In this document: positions 42,657-50,782 of the stretch, in pieces
Layout of the letters: each line of letters starts with the position of its first letter
Numbering within the stretch: the stretch's first letter is position 1
Source: a virus
Lineage: Duplodnaviria > Caudoviricetes
IMG/VR virus record: IMGVR_UViG_3300032092_000040
Span: 1 to 54,778 of that record
DNA length: 54,778 nucleotides
Reading direction: 5' to 3' (one strand)
Made by a program: the position numbers and the translations under genes
Notes under the pieces: generated by a model
What the model was told of the DNA's origin: nothing
The model's input: the letters and a program-made list of their open reading frames with translations, nothing else
The model's database searches: none

Positions 42657-43067
42657 TTAATCCCAATCTCTCTTACTGGACACGGTTAGTTTAAGTTTTG
42701 CATCAGTTATCTGTGCGTTTGCTGGAAGCGATGACAAGTTAAAAGCCATTGCTGTTCTTGTCGGTGTTCTCGCTTGAATGACTGTGCCGAATCCGGGAAA
42801 TCCATCAGAACCATCTGATGGAGCATCATCTCCATCATTCCACGGATTCAATAGTCCGATTGGAATTTGTGTTGCTTCTTCAAGATTTCCACTGTTCGGC
42901 AATACTACAGTTCCAGCCCACCTATCATCTCCAAAGGCTGATGATGGATTGTGGTAATAGAAAGTATCAAACTCTGGTATGACTATGATCTCAGTATCAG
43001 TAAAATTTGTTTGAGATAATAGTCTTTTATTGCTAATGAATCGTTTGTTTATAAAGTCACTACGCAT
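42657..43067 (-). CDS. small protein ending in an N-terminal DNRLRE-like half-domain
   Basis: RTAMAFNLSSLPANAQITDAKLKLTV matches the R.LL.FDLS.LP..A.I..A.L.L opening of DNRLRE domains, then the protein stops. Confidence 0.6.
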   Translation of the reverse strand: MRSDFINKRFISNKRLLSQTNFTDTEIIVIPEFDTFYYHNPSSAFGDDRWAGTVVLPNSGNLEEATQIPIGLLNPWNDGDDAPSDGSDGFPGFGTVIQARTPTRTAMAFNLSSLPANAQITDAKLKLTVSSKRDWD

Positions 43068-43070
43068 GTA

Positions 43071-44645
43071 TTAGGTTCCTATGTAATAGAGAGTGGCACC
43101 ATTGATGGTTGACCATGCATGAATTCTATTCAAGTTGTCTGTTTCGATGAATATCTGATCTCCGTTGTACAATGGGAATCCCCCTTGCGAAGAAACTGCG
43201 GTTGAGAAGCCAATGAATATGGTTCCTGTATTGTTCAGATCACTTCGGAAATGTACACCGCTGCTTAGAGCCACAGATGAGAATATGGTTGATGTGCCAG
43301 CACCACCAGATGCTATAGCAACCTTATTTGCAGTTCCACCTGTTGGTTGTACTATTGCCTTGATATCAACTTTCAATCCGTTTGCTGTGACAAGACTGTT
43401 GGTAACAGATGTGCTGGTGAGTATGTCTTCTATGGTACCGATATTGGTATTAATTGTGCTAACTGCACTGTTTATGGCAACTGTGCTTGCATCTTGAGTC
43501 TGTAGATTGTTTCCAGTGAATTTCAGTGAGTTCAGTGCAGTGAGTGCCTCACCCGTCAATCCAACATAGTCTCCACAGGCTCCAAGCACACGCAGTGTGT
43601 TTGTTGCAATGTTTGAAAGGTGCGTGAGACCAGTTCCACCAATATTCACGGTTCCTGTCACTTCAACTGGAATTACACCGGTGCCAGTATAGCCATGAAT
43701 TTGTACTACTTGACTTGCGGCGGTAGCGTTTCCTAATGATATTCCGCTGATGGTCACACTTCCCAAACTTAGTCCGGTGACATTTGCCGTCACTCCTATA
43801 GAACCAGCCGCAAGATTCACAAACAAAGCACCAGTGCTGTCTACACTGAATGGGACTTTGGTGCTGTAGTTGTTGATGTTGGTAAGACCGTGCGAGAAGA
43901 CTGAAACGGGCCAGGCACCAGAAAGACCAACAACACGGACGGTGTCTTCTGCGTTCGTTGCTGTATCAGTTCTTAGGCTAATTCCATTGGCATAAGGTGA
44001 TGCACCAGTGGATGCCCGCATCAATCTAATTGGGAATCCAGAGGTTGAATCTGCAACGGGACTAGTTAATGACTCAACGGTAACGGTATTAAACACAGAC
44101 ACGCTATCAGAACCATAAGTCAATGAACGAATGTCGAGATCTGTTGCAGTAACTCCAACTGCCCATCCGCCAGAGTAGCCAACGATTCTCACAACATCTT
44201 GACCCGCAGCACCAGCCGTCGCTGGATCTCCCGCAGTCAATGCACGAATACCAAAGTTGGTTGCAGTTACTCCAACTGCCCAACCACCAGAATATCCAAC
44301 CACACGAACGACATCTTGAGTGATTGCGCCAGCAGTTGTGGGATCTCCCGCGGTCAATGATCGAATATCAAGATCTGTTGCGGTAACTGCATGAGTGTTT
44401 ACATTTACTGTTCCCGTTACAGTAACCGGTCCACCGACACTTGATACAGCAACTGAAGGAGTATTTACCACAGCAACGGGTAAACCGTTTGATGATGTAA
44501 CTCTGGTTCCACCTTCTGCAACACCACCGTAAGCAATCTTCATTACTTGAAAATGATTACCCTCTGCTGCGGAGTAGTCTGTTGCTATTACTGCTTCTCC
44601 AGAAAATCCTGATACTGCCACATTGTTGTCCGTGTCGTAAGCCAT
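43071..44645 (-). CDS. probable virion structural protein with internal 39-aa repeats
   Basis: Thr/Gly/Val-rich; repeats ATDLDIRSLTAGDP...QDVVR.VGYSGGWAVGVT; C-terminal NTGTIFIG...GFPL domain; RBS AAGGA and late promoter upstream. Confidence 0.7.
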   Translation of the reverse strand: MAYDTDNNVAVSGFSGEAVIATDYSAAEGNHFQVMKIAYGGVAEGGTRVTSSNGLPVAVVNTPSVAVSSVGGPVTVTGTVNVNTHAVTATDLDIRSLTAGDPTTAGAITQDVVRVVGYSGGWAVGVTATNFGIRALTAGDPATAGAAGQDVVRIVGYSGGWAVGVTATDLDIRSLTYGSDSVSVFNTVTVESLTSPVADSTSGFPIRLMRASTGASPYANGISLRTDTATNAEDTVRVVGLSGAWPVSVFSHGLTNINNYSTKVPFSVDSTGALFVNLAAGSIGVTANVTGLSLGSVTISGISLGNATAASQVVQIHGYTGTGVIPVEVTGTVNIGGTGLTHLSNIATNTLRVLGACGDYVGLTGEALTALNSLKFTGNNLQTQDASTVAINSAVSTINTNIGTIEDILTSTSVTNSLVTANGLKVDIKAIVQPTGGTANKVAIASGGAGTSTIFSSVALSSGVHFRSDLNNTGTIFIGFSTAVSSQGGFPLYNGDQIFIETDNLNRIHAWSTINGATLYYIGT

Positions 44646-44678
44646 TTTGATTCCTTTTTATGATTCTGTGATCTTGAT

Positions 44679-44686
44679 TATTTATA
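44679..44686 (-). promoter_or_regulatory. T4-type late promoter for the minus-strand structural operon
   Basis: TATTTATA on + strand, i.e. TATAAATA on - strand, 33 nt upstream of ATG 44645. Confidence 0.75.
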
Positions 44687-44690
44687 CTCC

Positions 44691-44717
44691 TTGACACCAC
44701 AATACATAGAGTATAAT
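44691..44717 (+). promoter_or_regulatory. sigma70-like promoter of gp33 (probably leaderless transcript)
   Basis: TTGACA (44691-44696), 15 bp, TATAAT (44712-44717); ATG at 44725. Confidence 0.65.
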
Positions 44718-44724
44718 CCTCATC

Positions 44725-44940
44725 ATGATTGACCCCACACAGATATCCAACCTCATCGAACGAATGGTTTCCAACAGAAAGATCTCCTACATGGAGGCTG
44801 TTTTGGAAATTTGCGAAGAGCATTCAGTTGATGCATCGCTTGTGGCAAAGCACTTGTCTCGTCCCATCATTGAAAACATTGAGAACGAAGCACGACAAGT
44901 GAATCTATTGCCGCGTAAGAAATCATTACCATTCGCTTGA
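44725..44940 (+). CDS. gp33: late transcription coactivator
   Basis: IERMV...ISYMEAVLEICEE......VAK.LS..I.E.IE.EA..VNLL pattern; directly upstream of gp32. Confidence 0.85.
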   Translation: MIDPTQISNLIERMVSNRKISYMEAVLEICEEHSVDASLVAKHLSRPIIENIENEARQVNLLPRKKSLPFA

Positions 44941-44964
44941 CACACACCGCACACGCTGTATACT
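44937..44964 (+). promoter_or_regulatory. sigma70-like promoter of gp32
   Basis: TTGACA (44937-44942), 16 bp, TATACT (44959-44964); RBS AAGGAG before ATG 45012. Confidence 0.7.
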
Positions 44965-45011
44965 CAGCACATTGTCAGATACTCAGTACACCCAGTAAAA
45001 GGAGCAATACG

Positions 45012-45953
45012 ATGTCAGATTTCGCAAGTTTTAAGAAGAGTTCAAAGAACAACCTTGGCAAGATTGCCAAGGAACTAGAGAAAGTCACTAAAGGCGGGGG
45101 AGAGAATTCCTACAAGGATGATCGTCTCTGGCAGCCCGAAGTTGACAAGACGGGAAACGGGTATGCAGTCATCCGTTTCCTCCCCGCTCCTCCAAGTGAG
45201 GATCTTCCTTGGGTTCGTGTCTTCAGCCACGGATTCCAAGCAAAGGGTGGTTGGTACATTGAGAACTGCCCCACCACAATCGGACAGAAGTGTCCCGTTT
45301 GTGAAGCAAACAACGAGTTGTGGAACAGCGGAAACGACGATGACAAGAACATTGCGCGTGATCGGAAGCGCAAGTTGTCATACATCAGCAATGTCCTTGT
45401 GATTGAAGATCCTGTCAATCCTGCCAACAACGGTAAGATCTTCCTCTATCGCTATGGTAAGAAGATCTTTGATAAGATCAACGACAAGATGAATCCTCAG
45501 TACAAGGATGAGGATGTTGTGAATCCGTTCGACTTCTGGCAGGGAGCGAACTTCAAGATCAAGATTCGTAATGTCGATGGATACCGCAACTACGACAAGT
45601 CAGAGTTCTCTGCATCGTCACCTCTCCTCGACGGAGATGACAAGGCACTTGAGGCTCTGTGGCGCAAGGAATACTCATTGCTTGACTTCGTGAAGCCTGA
45701 TCAATTCAAGGCATACGGAGAACTCAAGACAAAGTTCCAATCCGTCATCAATGGTTCTCAGTCTCAGAAGGCAGAGGAAATGGATATTTCAGAGGAAGAA
45801 GAGGATGCTTCGGAGAAGAAGTTCACCCCGAAGTTCCCAACTGCTGAAGCGAAGGCACCTGGTCGGGAAACAAAGCCAAAGACTAGCAAGGTGAGTGAAG
45901 ATGATGACGAGGATGATGCCTTGTCATACTTCAAGAAGTTGGCAAATGAGTGA
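45012..45953 (+). CDS. gp32: single-stranded DNA-binding protein
   Basis: DDRLW, GNGYAVIRFLP, WYIENCPTT..CPVCE, YGKKIFDKI, NYDKSEF, acidic tail ending YFKKLA; true start is ATG 45012. Confidence 0.96.
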   Translation: MSDFASFKKSSKNNLGKIAKELEKVTKGGGENSYKDDRLWQPEVDKTGNGYAVIRFLPAPPSEDLPWVRVFSHGFQAKGGWYIENCPTTIGQKCPVCEANNELWNSGNDDDKNIARDRKRKLSYISNVLVIEDPVNPANNGKIFLYRYGKKIFDKINDKMNPQYKDEDVVNPFDFWQGANFKIKIRNVDGYRNYDKSEFSASSPLLDGDDKALEALWRKEYSLLDFVKPDQFKAYGELKTKFQSVINGSQSQKAEEMDISEEEEDASEKKFTPKFPTAEAKAPGRETKPKTSKVSEDDDEDDALSYFKKLANE

Positions 45954-45965
45954 GTTTTATACATA

Positions 45966-46112
45966 TTGTTGTTCGCCCCAGTCTTCTCACTGAGTCGGCG
46001 TGGGGACAGTGCAAGCGTCTCATTACGCTATTCACTGCGCGTCGGGGAGTAACTTAACCCGCACAAGGAACTTCGCTACCGAACACCCCTCAGAAATGAG
46101 GGGTGTTTTATT
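45966..46112 (+). ncRNA. candidate structured non-coding RNA
   Basis: GC-rich ORF-free stretch between TATACATA (45958) and a terminator; nested stems GTTCG/CGAAC, CCCCA/TGGGG, CAGTG/CACTG with AGCGT/ACGCT. Confidence 0.5.
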
Positions 46113-46114
46113 TT
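46082..46114 (+). terminator. intrinsic terminator
   Basis: AACACCCCTCA-GAAA-TGAGGGGTGTT then TTATTTT. Confidence 0.9.
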
Positions 46115-46141
46115 CAGAACACAGCAAGAATAAATAGTGGT

Positions 46142-46348
46142 ATGAAGAAGAGCAATAAAGCATTAATTGAATCTTTAAAAACAATCCTATCTTCCGATGA
46201 TGAGTTGAAGAAGGATAGGGTAAAGATGCTTATTGATATTGGATTTTTTGGTTTGAATGAAAAGGAAAAAGAATCTTTGTTCAATCCAAAACCCACAAAA
46301 AGGAAGAATGCAAATGGCACAAAAGAAGAAATTGACCGAGAAGCATGA
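46142..46348 (+). CDS. small hypothetical protein
   Basis: ATG 46142 just after TAAATA (46131-46136). Confidence 0.5.
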   Translation: MKKSNKALIESLKTILSSDDELKKDRVKMLIDIGFFGLNEKEKESLFNPKPTKRKNANGTKEEIDREA

Positions 46349-46616
46349 GTCGGACTATCAGTTTGCTCGTCGTTGTGCCGATAGAATGAATCTTCCATGG
46401 CAAGCAATAGTTTCTAATCAGAAGTATGTTGACATCATCAGAGAAGCACGTTATACTAATATGAGTGTGAGTGAAACCGTGGCTTACTTCAAGGAAGTTA
46501 TTTCCGAGAAGAAAGATATTGAAAAGAAGACCAAGGTAAAGACACCTGGTCAAACCATGGATATATCAAAGAGGAGCAAGGATTTTCCAACTCCTCCCTG
46601 TGAAATGGATAGATGA
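46314..46616 (+). CDS. hypothetical protein
   Basis: AAGGA upstream of ATG 46308/46314; abuts the next gene. Confidence 0.55.
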   Translation: MAQKKKLTEKHESDYQFARRCADRMNLPWQAIVSNQKYVDIIREARYTNMSVSETVAYFKEVISEKKDIEKKTKVKTPGQTMDISKRSKDFPTPPCEMDR

Positions 46617-47294
46617 TTGAAAACATACAACTACCAACCCGTACAACTAGACCTTCCCGATCTCCGTGTGCTTGAGAGCAAGCATGGGAGAGTCTACATC
46701 ACGCCTTCGGGAAAGCATCTGCCGTCTGTCACGACGGTCACTGGCTTCGAAGGCAAGGACGGGATAGAGATTTGGCGCAGGGCAAATCCACGCGAGGCAC
46801 AACGAGTCTGTGATCGTGGAAACACGATCCATTCCATGATGGAACATCTCCTCAAGAACGAGGATGTTGTTCTTTGCGAACATTCTGATGTCAATGAACT
46901 CTACGAAATGCTGAAGAGCCACGTCGAGACAAAGATCGACAATGTCTATGCACTTGAGCAACACATGTGGAGCGAGAGCGTAGGACTCGCTGGCAGAGTT
47001 GACTGCATCTGCGACTACGATGGGAAACTTTCAGTTGTGGACTTCAAGGGTTCGACTCGCGAAAAGCACACAAGTGGAATCAAGAATTACTTTCAGCAAG
47101 CCACGGCATACTCTTTGATGTTCCAAGAACTCACGGGTCGAAAGGTCGAGCAGATCGTGATTCTTGTGGCTTGCGAGACGGGTGTCCTACAAGAGTTCGT
47201 AAAAAAGCCCGTGGAATATGTCCCCGGGCTTCTTAGTTCTCTTCAGTTGTACAATCAGTGGTATCAGTTGAATCCGATTACTGTCGAATTGTGA
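46617..47294 (+). CDS. PD-(D/E)XK exonuclease (lambda-exo/Cas4-like fold)
   Basis: PSVTTV, RGNTIH, LAGRVDCI, VVDFKGS, YFQQATAY. Confidence 0.88.
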   Translation: MKTYNYQPVQLDLPDLRVLESKHGRVYITPSGKHLPSVTTVTGFEGKDGIEIWRRANPREAQRVCDRGNTIHSMMEHLLKNEDVVLCEHSDVNELYEMLKSHVETKIDNVYALEQHMWSESVGLAGRVDCICDYDGKLSVVDFKGSTREKHTSGIKNYFQQATAYSLMFQELTGRKVEQIVILVACETGVLQEFVKKPVEYVPGLLSSLQLYNQWYQLNPITVEL

Positions 47295-47488
47295 TTGATG
47301 TAACGAACCTTGAGTGGTAGGATCTCTCCTGGTGCCATGACAATGCGCGTGGTTGCGCTATCTCTCCACAATTTGACATCTGCGGTTACACCTGTTGTTA
47401 GAGCAGTTGCTGTACACATGATTGCATTTGCTCCACCTGTCCACCCACCTGTTGGGATGGTAAATGACTCTGAATATTGTCTGTCCAT
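47264..47488 (-). CDS. small late protein
   Basis: RBS AGGAGG and minus-strand TAAATA (47505-47510); ends GEILPLKVRYI. Confidence 0.65.
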   Translation of the reverse strand: MDRQYSESFTIPTGGWTGGANAIMCTATALTTGVTADVKLWRDSATTRIVMAPGEILPLKVRYINHNSTVIGFN

Positions 47489-47588
47489 GGTAATCCTCCT
47501 GTCATATTTAGCAAAACAGTGATTTGGGAAATCTCAGAGTGGGTCTATACATAGAGGTACATGGTTTCATTTTATAAAGGAGAACCAA

Positions 47589-47702
47589 ATGGCAGATTTT
47601 CTAGGTACGGCTTGGTGGAGCATTCTCATGTTTGTCGCTGGTGCTGCAATCGGCACCCCACTTTGGAATTGGGTTTCCAAGAAACTTCCTTGGAATAAGT
47701 GA
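47589..47702 (+). CDS. 37-aa single-pass membrane protein (below the ORF-track cutoff)
   Basis: RBS AAGGAG; MADFLGTAWWSILMFVAGAAIGTPLWNWVSKKLPWNK*; own TATACATA (47546) and terminator. Confidence 0.75.
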   Translation: MADFLGTAWWSILMFVAGAAIGTPLWNWVSKKLPWNK

Positions 47703-47729
47703 CAGACAACCAAGTCTTCTCTAAAGAAC

Positions 47730-47757
47730 ACAGCGGCTTTTTGCCGCTGTTTTCCTT
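47730..47757 (+). terminator. intrinsic terminator
   Basis: ACAGCGGC-TTTTT-GCCGCTGT followed by TTTCCTT. Confidence 0.7.
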
Positions 47758-47789
47758 TATACATATTTTACGAAATCACGGAGATTCAA

Positions 47790-48308
47790 ATGAACCCATT
47801 CACTCGCAGAGACTCGCTTTCCGATATTGCCGCAAACACTCTTGACAAGAGCAAGAATCAGACTCTTGTCGAGGCACTATTGGAATCAACATACAACACA
47901 AACCACCGCTCTGCGTTGGATGACAGGGCATTGTTCTACGTCGAGAAGCCAGAGAACATGCAAGTTATCAATGCATTCATCAAAAGGTTTCTCACAGGTC
48001 AACATCTTGATCCAATGGATCGTTTGAATCGTCTATTCCTACAGTTGCAAACAATCGGTCTTCATGTGGATGATGGTGACATGAATTTCGGTGTCAAGGA
48101 TGCCACAAATGGCACATTCAATGTCTATCAGTATGGAAGACGCGCTAGTGATCACCCAATCTCTGGTGACGAATATATTGATGACGAAATCTTTCTTCGT
48201 TCCCGTATGCACGGTAAGTTGAAGATTCGAACATCTATGGTTCCTGGCGGACTCTACATGATCGATGCAGAACTCTACATGACATCTGAAAAGAAGAACC
48301 ACGACTAA
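47790..48308 (+). CDS. hypothetical late protein
   Basis: TATACATA at 47758 and RBS GGAG upstream. Confidence 0.65.
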   Translation: MNPFTRRDSLSDIAANTLDKSKNQTLVEALLESTYNTNHRSALDDRALFYVEKPENMQVINAFIKRFLTGQHLDPMDRLNRLFLQLQTIGLHVDDGDMNFGVKDATNGTFNVYQYGRRASDHPISGDEYIDDEIFLRSRMHGKLKIRTSMVPGGLYMIDAELYMTSEKKNHD

Positions 48309-48315
48309 GTTTCTA

Positions 48316-48693
48316 ATGTCAGACAATCGTATTCGTGATGAAGACTTTTTGACCTTCGCACTTGAAAACTATGATAACCCACAATGCTCCTCTCTTGAGG
48401 AGTTCTATGAGGATATAGACAGAATCAAGTATCTGAAGAGATTAATGAATCGCGACGATGGGGACACGGCACAGCGAAACAGATTGATCATAAACCATCT
48501 CATTGTTATAACCAATGTGTTTGGAATAGAAATTGGAAACCGAATACTGTTTCACAGAATGGAAGAAAAGTTCCATTCAAGACTCAAGACATTCCTTTAT
48601 TATCTCAATGTGCTTCGCCACGAAATACCAGAGGCTGATCTTGCAGTAATACCAATGGAAGATTCTCTTTTGCAAGAACTGAGGAAGATATGA
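48316..48693 (+). CDS. conserved T4-like phage hypothetical protein
   Basis: FALENYDNPQC...EFYED..RIKYLKRL...RLIINHLIVITNVFG...LKTFL, recalled from aquatic T4-like phages. Confidence 0.8.
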   Translation: MSDNRIRDEDFLTFALENYDNPQCSSLEEFYEDIDRIKYLKRLMNRDDGDTAQRNRLIINHLIVITNVFGIEIGNRILFHRMEEKFHSRLKTFLYYLNVLRHEIPEADLAVIPMEDSLLQELRKI

Positions 48694-49322
48694 AAGACAC
48701 TCCTGAAAACTTTAGCAAACACTTGGATGAAGAAGCCGAAAGACTAATTCTTGAGGCACTTGAGGATCAAGATAAGATGGACATCCTTGAGATTATGCTT
48801 GGAGAAGAAGTTGCAAATACTGCCTCTGCACCTGGTCTTGCCATGGTTTCAGACGGAGAACCCGTTTCTCCACGATACAAGCAACGCGAGTTTGGTAAGG
48901 GAATCTGGCGAAGGAAGAAAAAGAAAGAGCCAGTGTTCGAAACCTCAGATATAAAACTATCACTTGATATTGCAAACACATCATTGATGGAAACTCACTA
49001 TGTTGTGTATGGTGTAGATGACATCAATGTCGATCAAGTTCTCTCACTCATTCCATCAGAAGAACTTGAGATGCTTGCTGAAGGAGCAAAGCGCAAGATT
49101 GTCATTCGTGGTGGAAAGAAGAGAATCGTCTTCAAGTGTCCAGCGGGACAGAAACTTGCCAAGAAGGGTGGAAAGGCTTGTGTGAAGATGGGTGGAGCAG
49201 AGAAGGCTCGCCGTTCCAAGCAAGCCAAGAAAGCCGCACGAAAGTCCAAGAAGAGCAGAGCAGCAGCAAATCGCAAGAGAGCAAAGTCTATGAAAAAAAG
49301 AAAGTCGATGGTGCGAAGATGA
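48690..49322 (+). CDS. prohead core protein-like (gp68-like basic C-terminus)
   Basis: Acidic N-half with L-x-E motifs; basic end KIVIRGGKK...EKARR...KAARK...ANRKRAKSMKKRK. Confidence 0.55.
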   Translation: MKDTPENFSKHLDEEAERLILEALEDQDKMDILEIMLGEEVANTASAPGLAMVSDGEPVSPRYKQREFGKGIWRRKKKKEPVFETSDIKLSLDIANTSLMETHYVVYGVDDINVDQVLSLIPSEELEMLAEGAKRKIVIRGGKKRIVFKCPAGQKLAKKGGKACVKMGGAEKARRSKQAKKAARKSKKSRAAANRKRAKSMKKRKSMVRR

Positions 49323-50188
49323 ATAGTGTTATGACTAGAATTGCAGCAATTCTTTCAATGGGAGTTATGATGATTGGTGCAAAATGCACCTCGACTCCAT
49401 CTATCATAAAACCAGAAACTCCTGTAGCCACAGTTGTGTATGATGATGTCAAGAAAGTTACAGAATCAAATGAGGTTGTAAAAGCAAATGCAGAAGAGAT
49501 TCAGCAGTCTGCTACTGCCATTACTCAATCTGCTATTGCTATAAAGGACAAGACCGAAGATCCTGTTGTTGCTGAAGAAGCAAGTAAGATTGTTATTGAA
49601 AGTAACAAGGTGGAGAATGCTTCCATCTCAATACAGAAAGAAGTTGATATCGTGCAGAAGGATCTTTCTGCCGAGAATGTTCAGCCACTTCTTGAGCAAA
49701 TTGAGCAACTTGAGAACACCAACAGCGATTGGAAGAAGAAGTACGATGATCTTGTTGCCGCATCGACCGCAGAGATTCAGAAGATTGTAAGAATCTTTTG
49801 GATGGTTGGTTTTGCAATGATTGTTGCGGGAATGATCGTAGCATACTTTCACAAGGTCATCGGTGGAATCATTCTCTGTGCAGGATTTGTTTCTGTTGGT
49901 CTTGCAGCAGCAAACCAATACTACTATCAAGAGATTGCCACAGTTGGTCTTGTAGTATTCATAATCGGATTCCTTGCATCTGCCATTTCAGTTGGCTACT
50001 TCATCTTCAGAAACAAGAAGACAGAAGAAGCAGTTGCAGACAATGTCAAGTTGCTTGAGGACATCAAGACCGAGATTCCCGAAGAGGCAAAGGTCAAGAT
50101 CTTTGGTGATGGTGGTCTTGCAACAAAAGTGCAGAAGCAATCGACGCAGAGACTCGTCAAGGAAATCCGCTCTAAGTTAGTCAAATAG
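49319..50188 (+). CDS. putative lipoprotein with coiled coil and three C-terminal TM helices
   Basis: ATGA overlap at 49319; signal-like RIAAILSMGVMMIGAK-C; heptad-like helical middle; three hydrophobic segments near the C-end. Confidence 0.65.
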   Translation: MNSVMTRIAAILSMGVMMIGAKCTSTPSIIKPETPVATVVYDDVKKVTESNEVVKANAEEIQQSATAITQSAIAIKDKTEDPVVAEEASKIVIESNKVENASISIQKEVDIVQKDLSAENVQPLLEQIEQLENTNSDWKKKYDDLVAASTAEIQKIVRIFWMVGFAMIVAGMIVAYFHKVIGGIILCAGFVSVGLAAANQYYYQEIATVGLVVFIIGFLASAISVGYFIFRNKKTEEAVADNVKLLEDIKTEIPEEAKVKIFGDGGLATKVQKQSTQRLVKEIRSKLVK

Positions 50189-50756
50189 CGGAGAGAAGAA
50201 TCTCACCATGCATCTTCTTGCAGATGTAATAGGCATCTATCACATCCGATACGGGTGATGTGATGTCCTTCTTGTCTGGTGTCATGATTGACTTGAGATC
50301 TATGCCAGTTTCCTTGAGAAACGCTTCGTGCATAGCAGTCTTGTCTGCGTTGCCCTTACCACAACCAAACTTCTTCACCTCTGTGGGTGGAATGATGGTA
50401 ACGGGAATGCCCTCTTGAAATAGTTTGTACTTCAGTACACCTGTATTCTCAGCAATGTGAAACACTTTGCCTGTAGCGGAGTATGCATATCCTTCAAGAG
50501 CCACTTGCTTTACATCCTTTAGAATGTCTATTGCCCAATCAGCAATGCTCTGATACCGCTCCATATCTTCTTCCCATTCGGAGAACAACTCTCCATGAAT
50601 GTTTCCCATGAAGATCTTGGCATACTTCTTGGTATCGGTCAGAAAGTAGAAGCAGCAGTCATCGAACGTGAATTTGCCACCACCTTCAAAGACGCAAATG
50701 CAAGGACCACAAAGAGAGTAGTCGATTCCTGCGATCTTGTGGAGTGTATGAGTCAT
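50181..50756 (-). CDS. RuvC-like Holliday junction resolvase
   Basis: IAGIDYSL, VALEGY, PTEVKK..GKGNADK, DVIDAY carry the RuvC acidic residues. Confidence 0.8.
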   Translation of the reverse strand: MTHTLHKIAGIDYSLCGPCICVFEGGGKFTFDDCCFYFLTDTKKYAKIFMGNIHGELFSEWEEDMERYQSIADWAIDILKDVKQVALEGYAYSATGKVFHIAENTGVLKYKLFQEGIPVTIIPPTEVKKFGCGKGNADKTAMHEAFLKETGIDLKSIMTPDKKDITSPVSDVIDAYYICKKMHGEILLSAI

Positions 50757-50782
50757 ATCATAGATATTTATGAGGAGATTTC

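Noticed and set aside
42640-42670. Readthrough, frameshift or ribosomal hop fusing the 136-aa gene to giant C (repeated GGGAT around the stop)
   Set aside because: A TAA lies in frame directly before ATG 42646, and a GAT-to-GAT hop lands in the wrong frame
44937-45011. ORF-track N-terminal extension of gp32
   Set aside because: The stretch holds the promoter and RBS; the true start is ATG 45012. Track starts at 4670, 14250, 46103 and 49136 are likewise over-extended.
45966-46084. tRNA gene
   Set aside because: No T-loop (TTCRA) in the right position, and the stem layout does not fit a cloverleaf; kept only as an unknown ncRNA candidate
46617-47294. Cas4 as part of a CRISPR system
   Set aside because: No Fe-S cysteine cluster pattern, other cas genes or array; this is a common stand-alone phage exonuclease type
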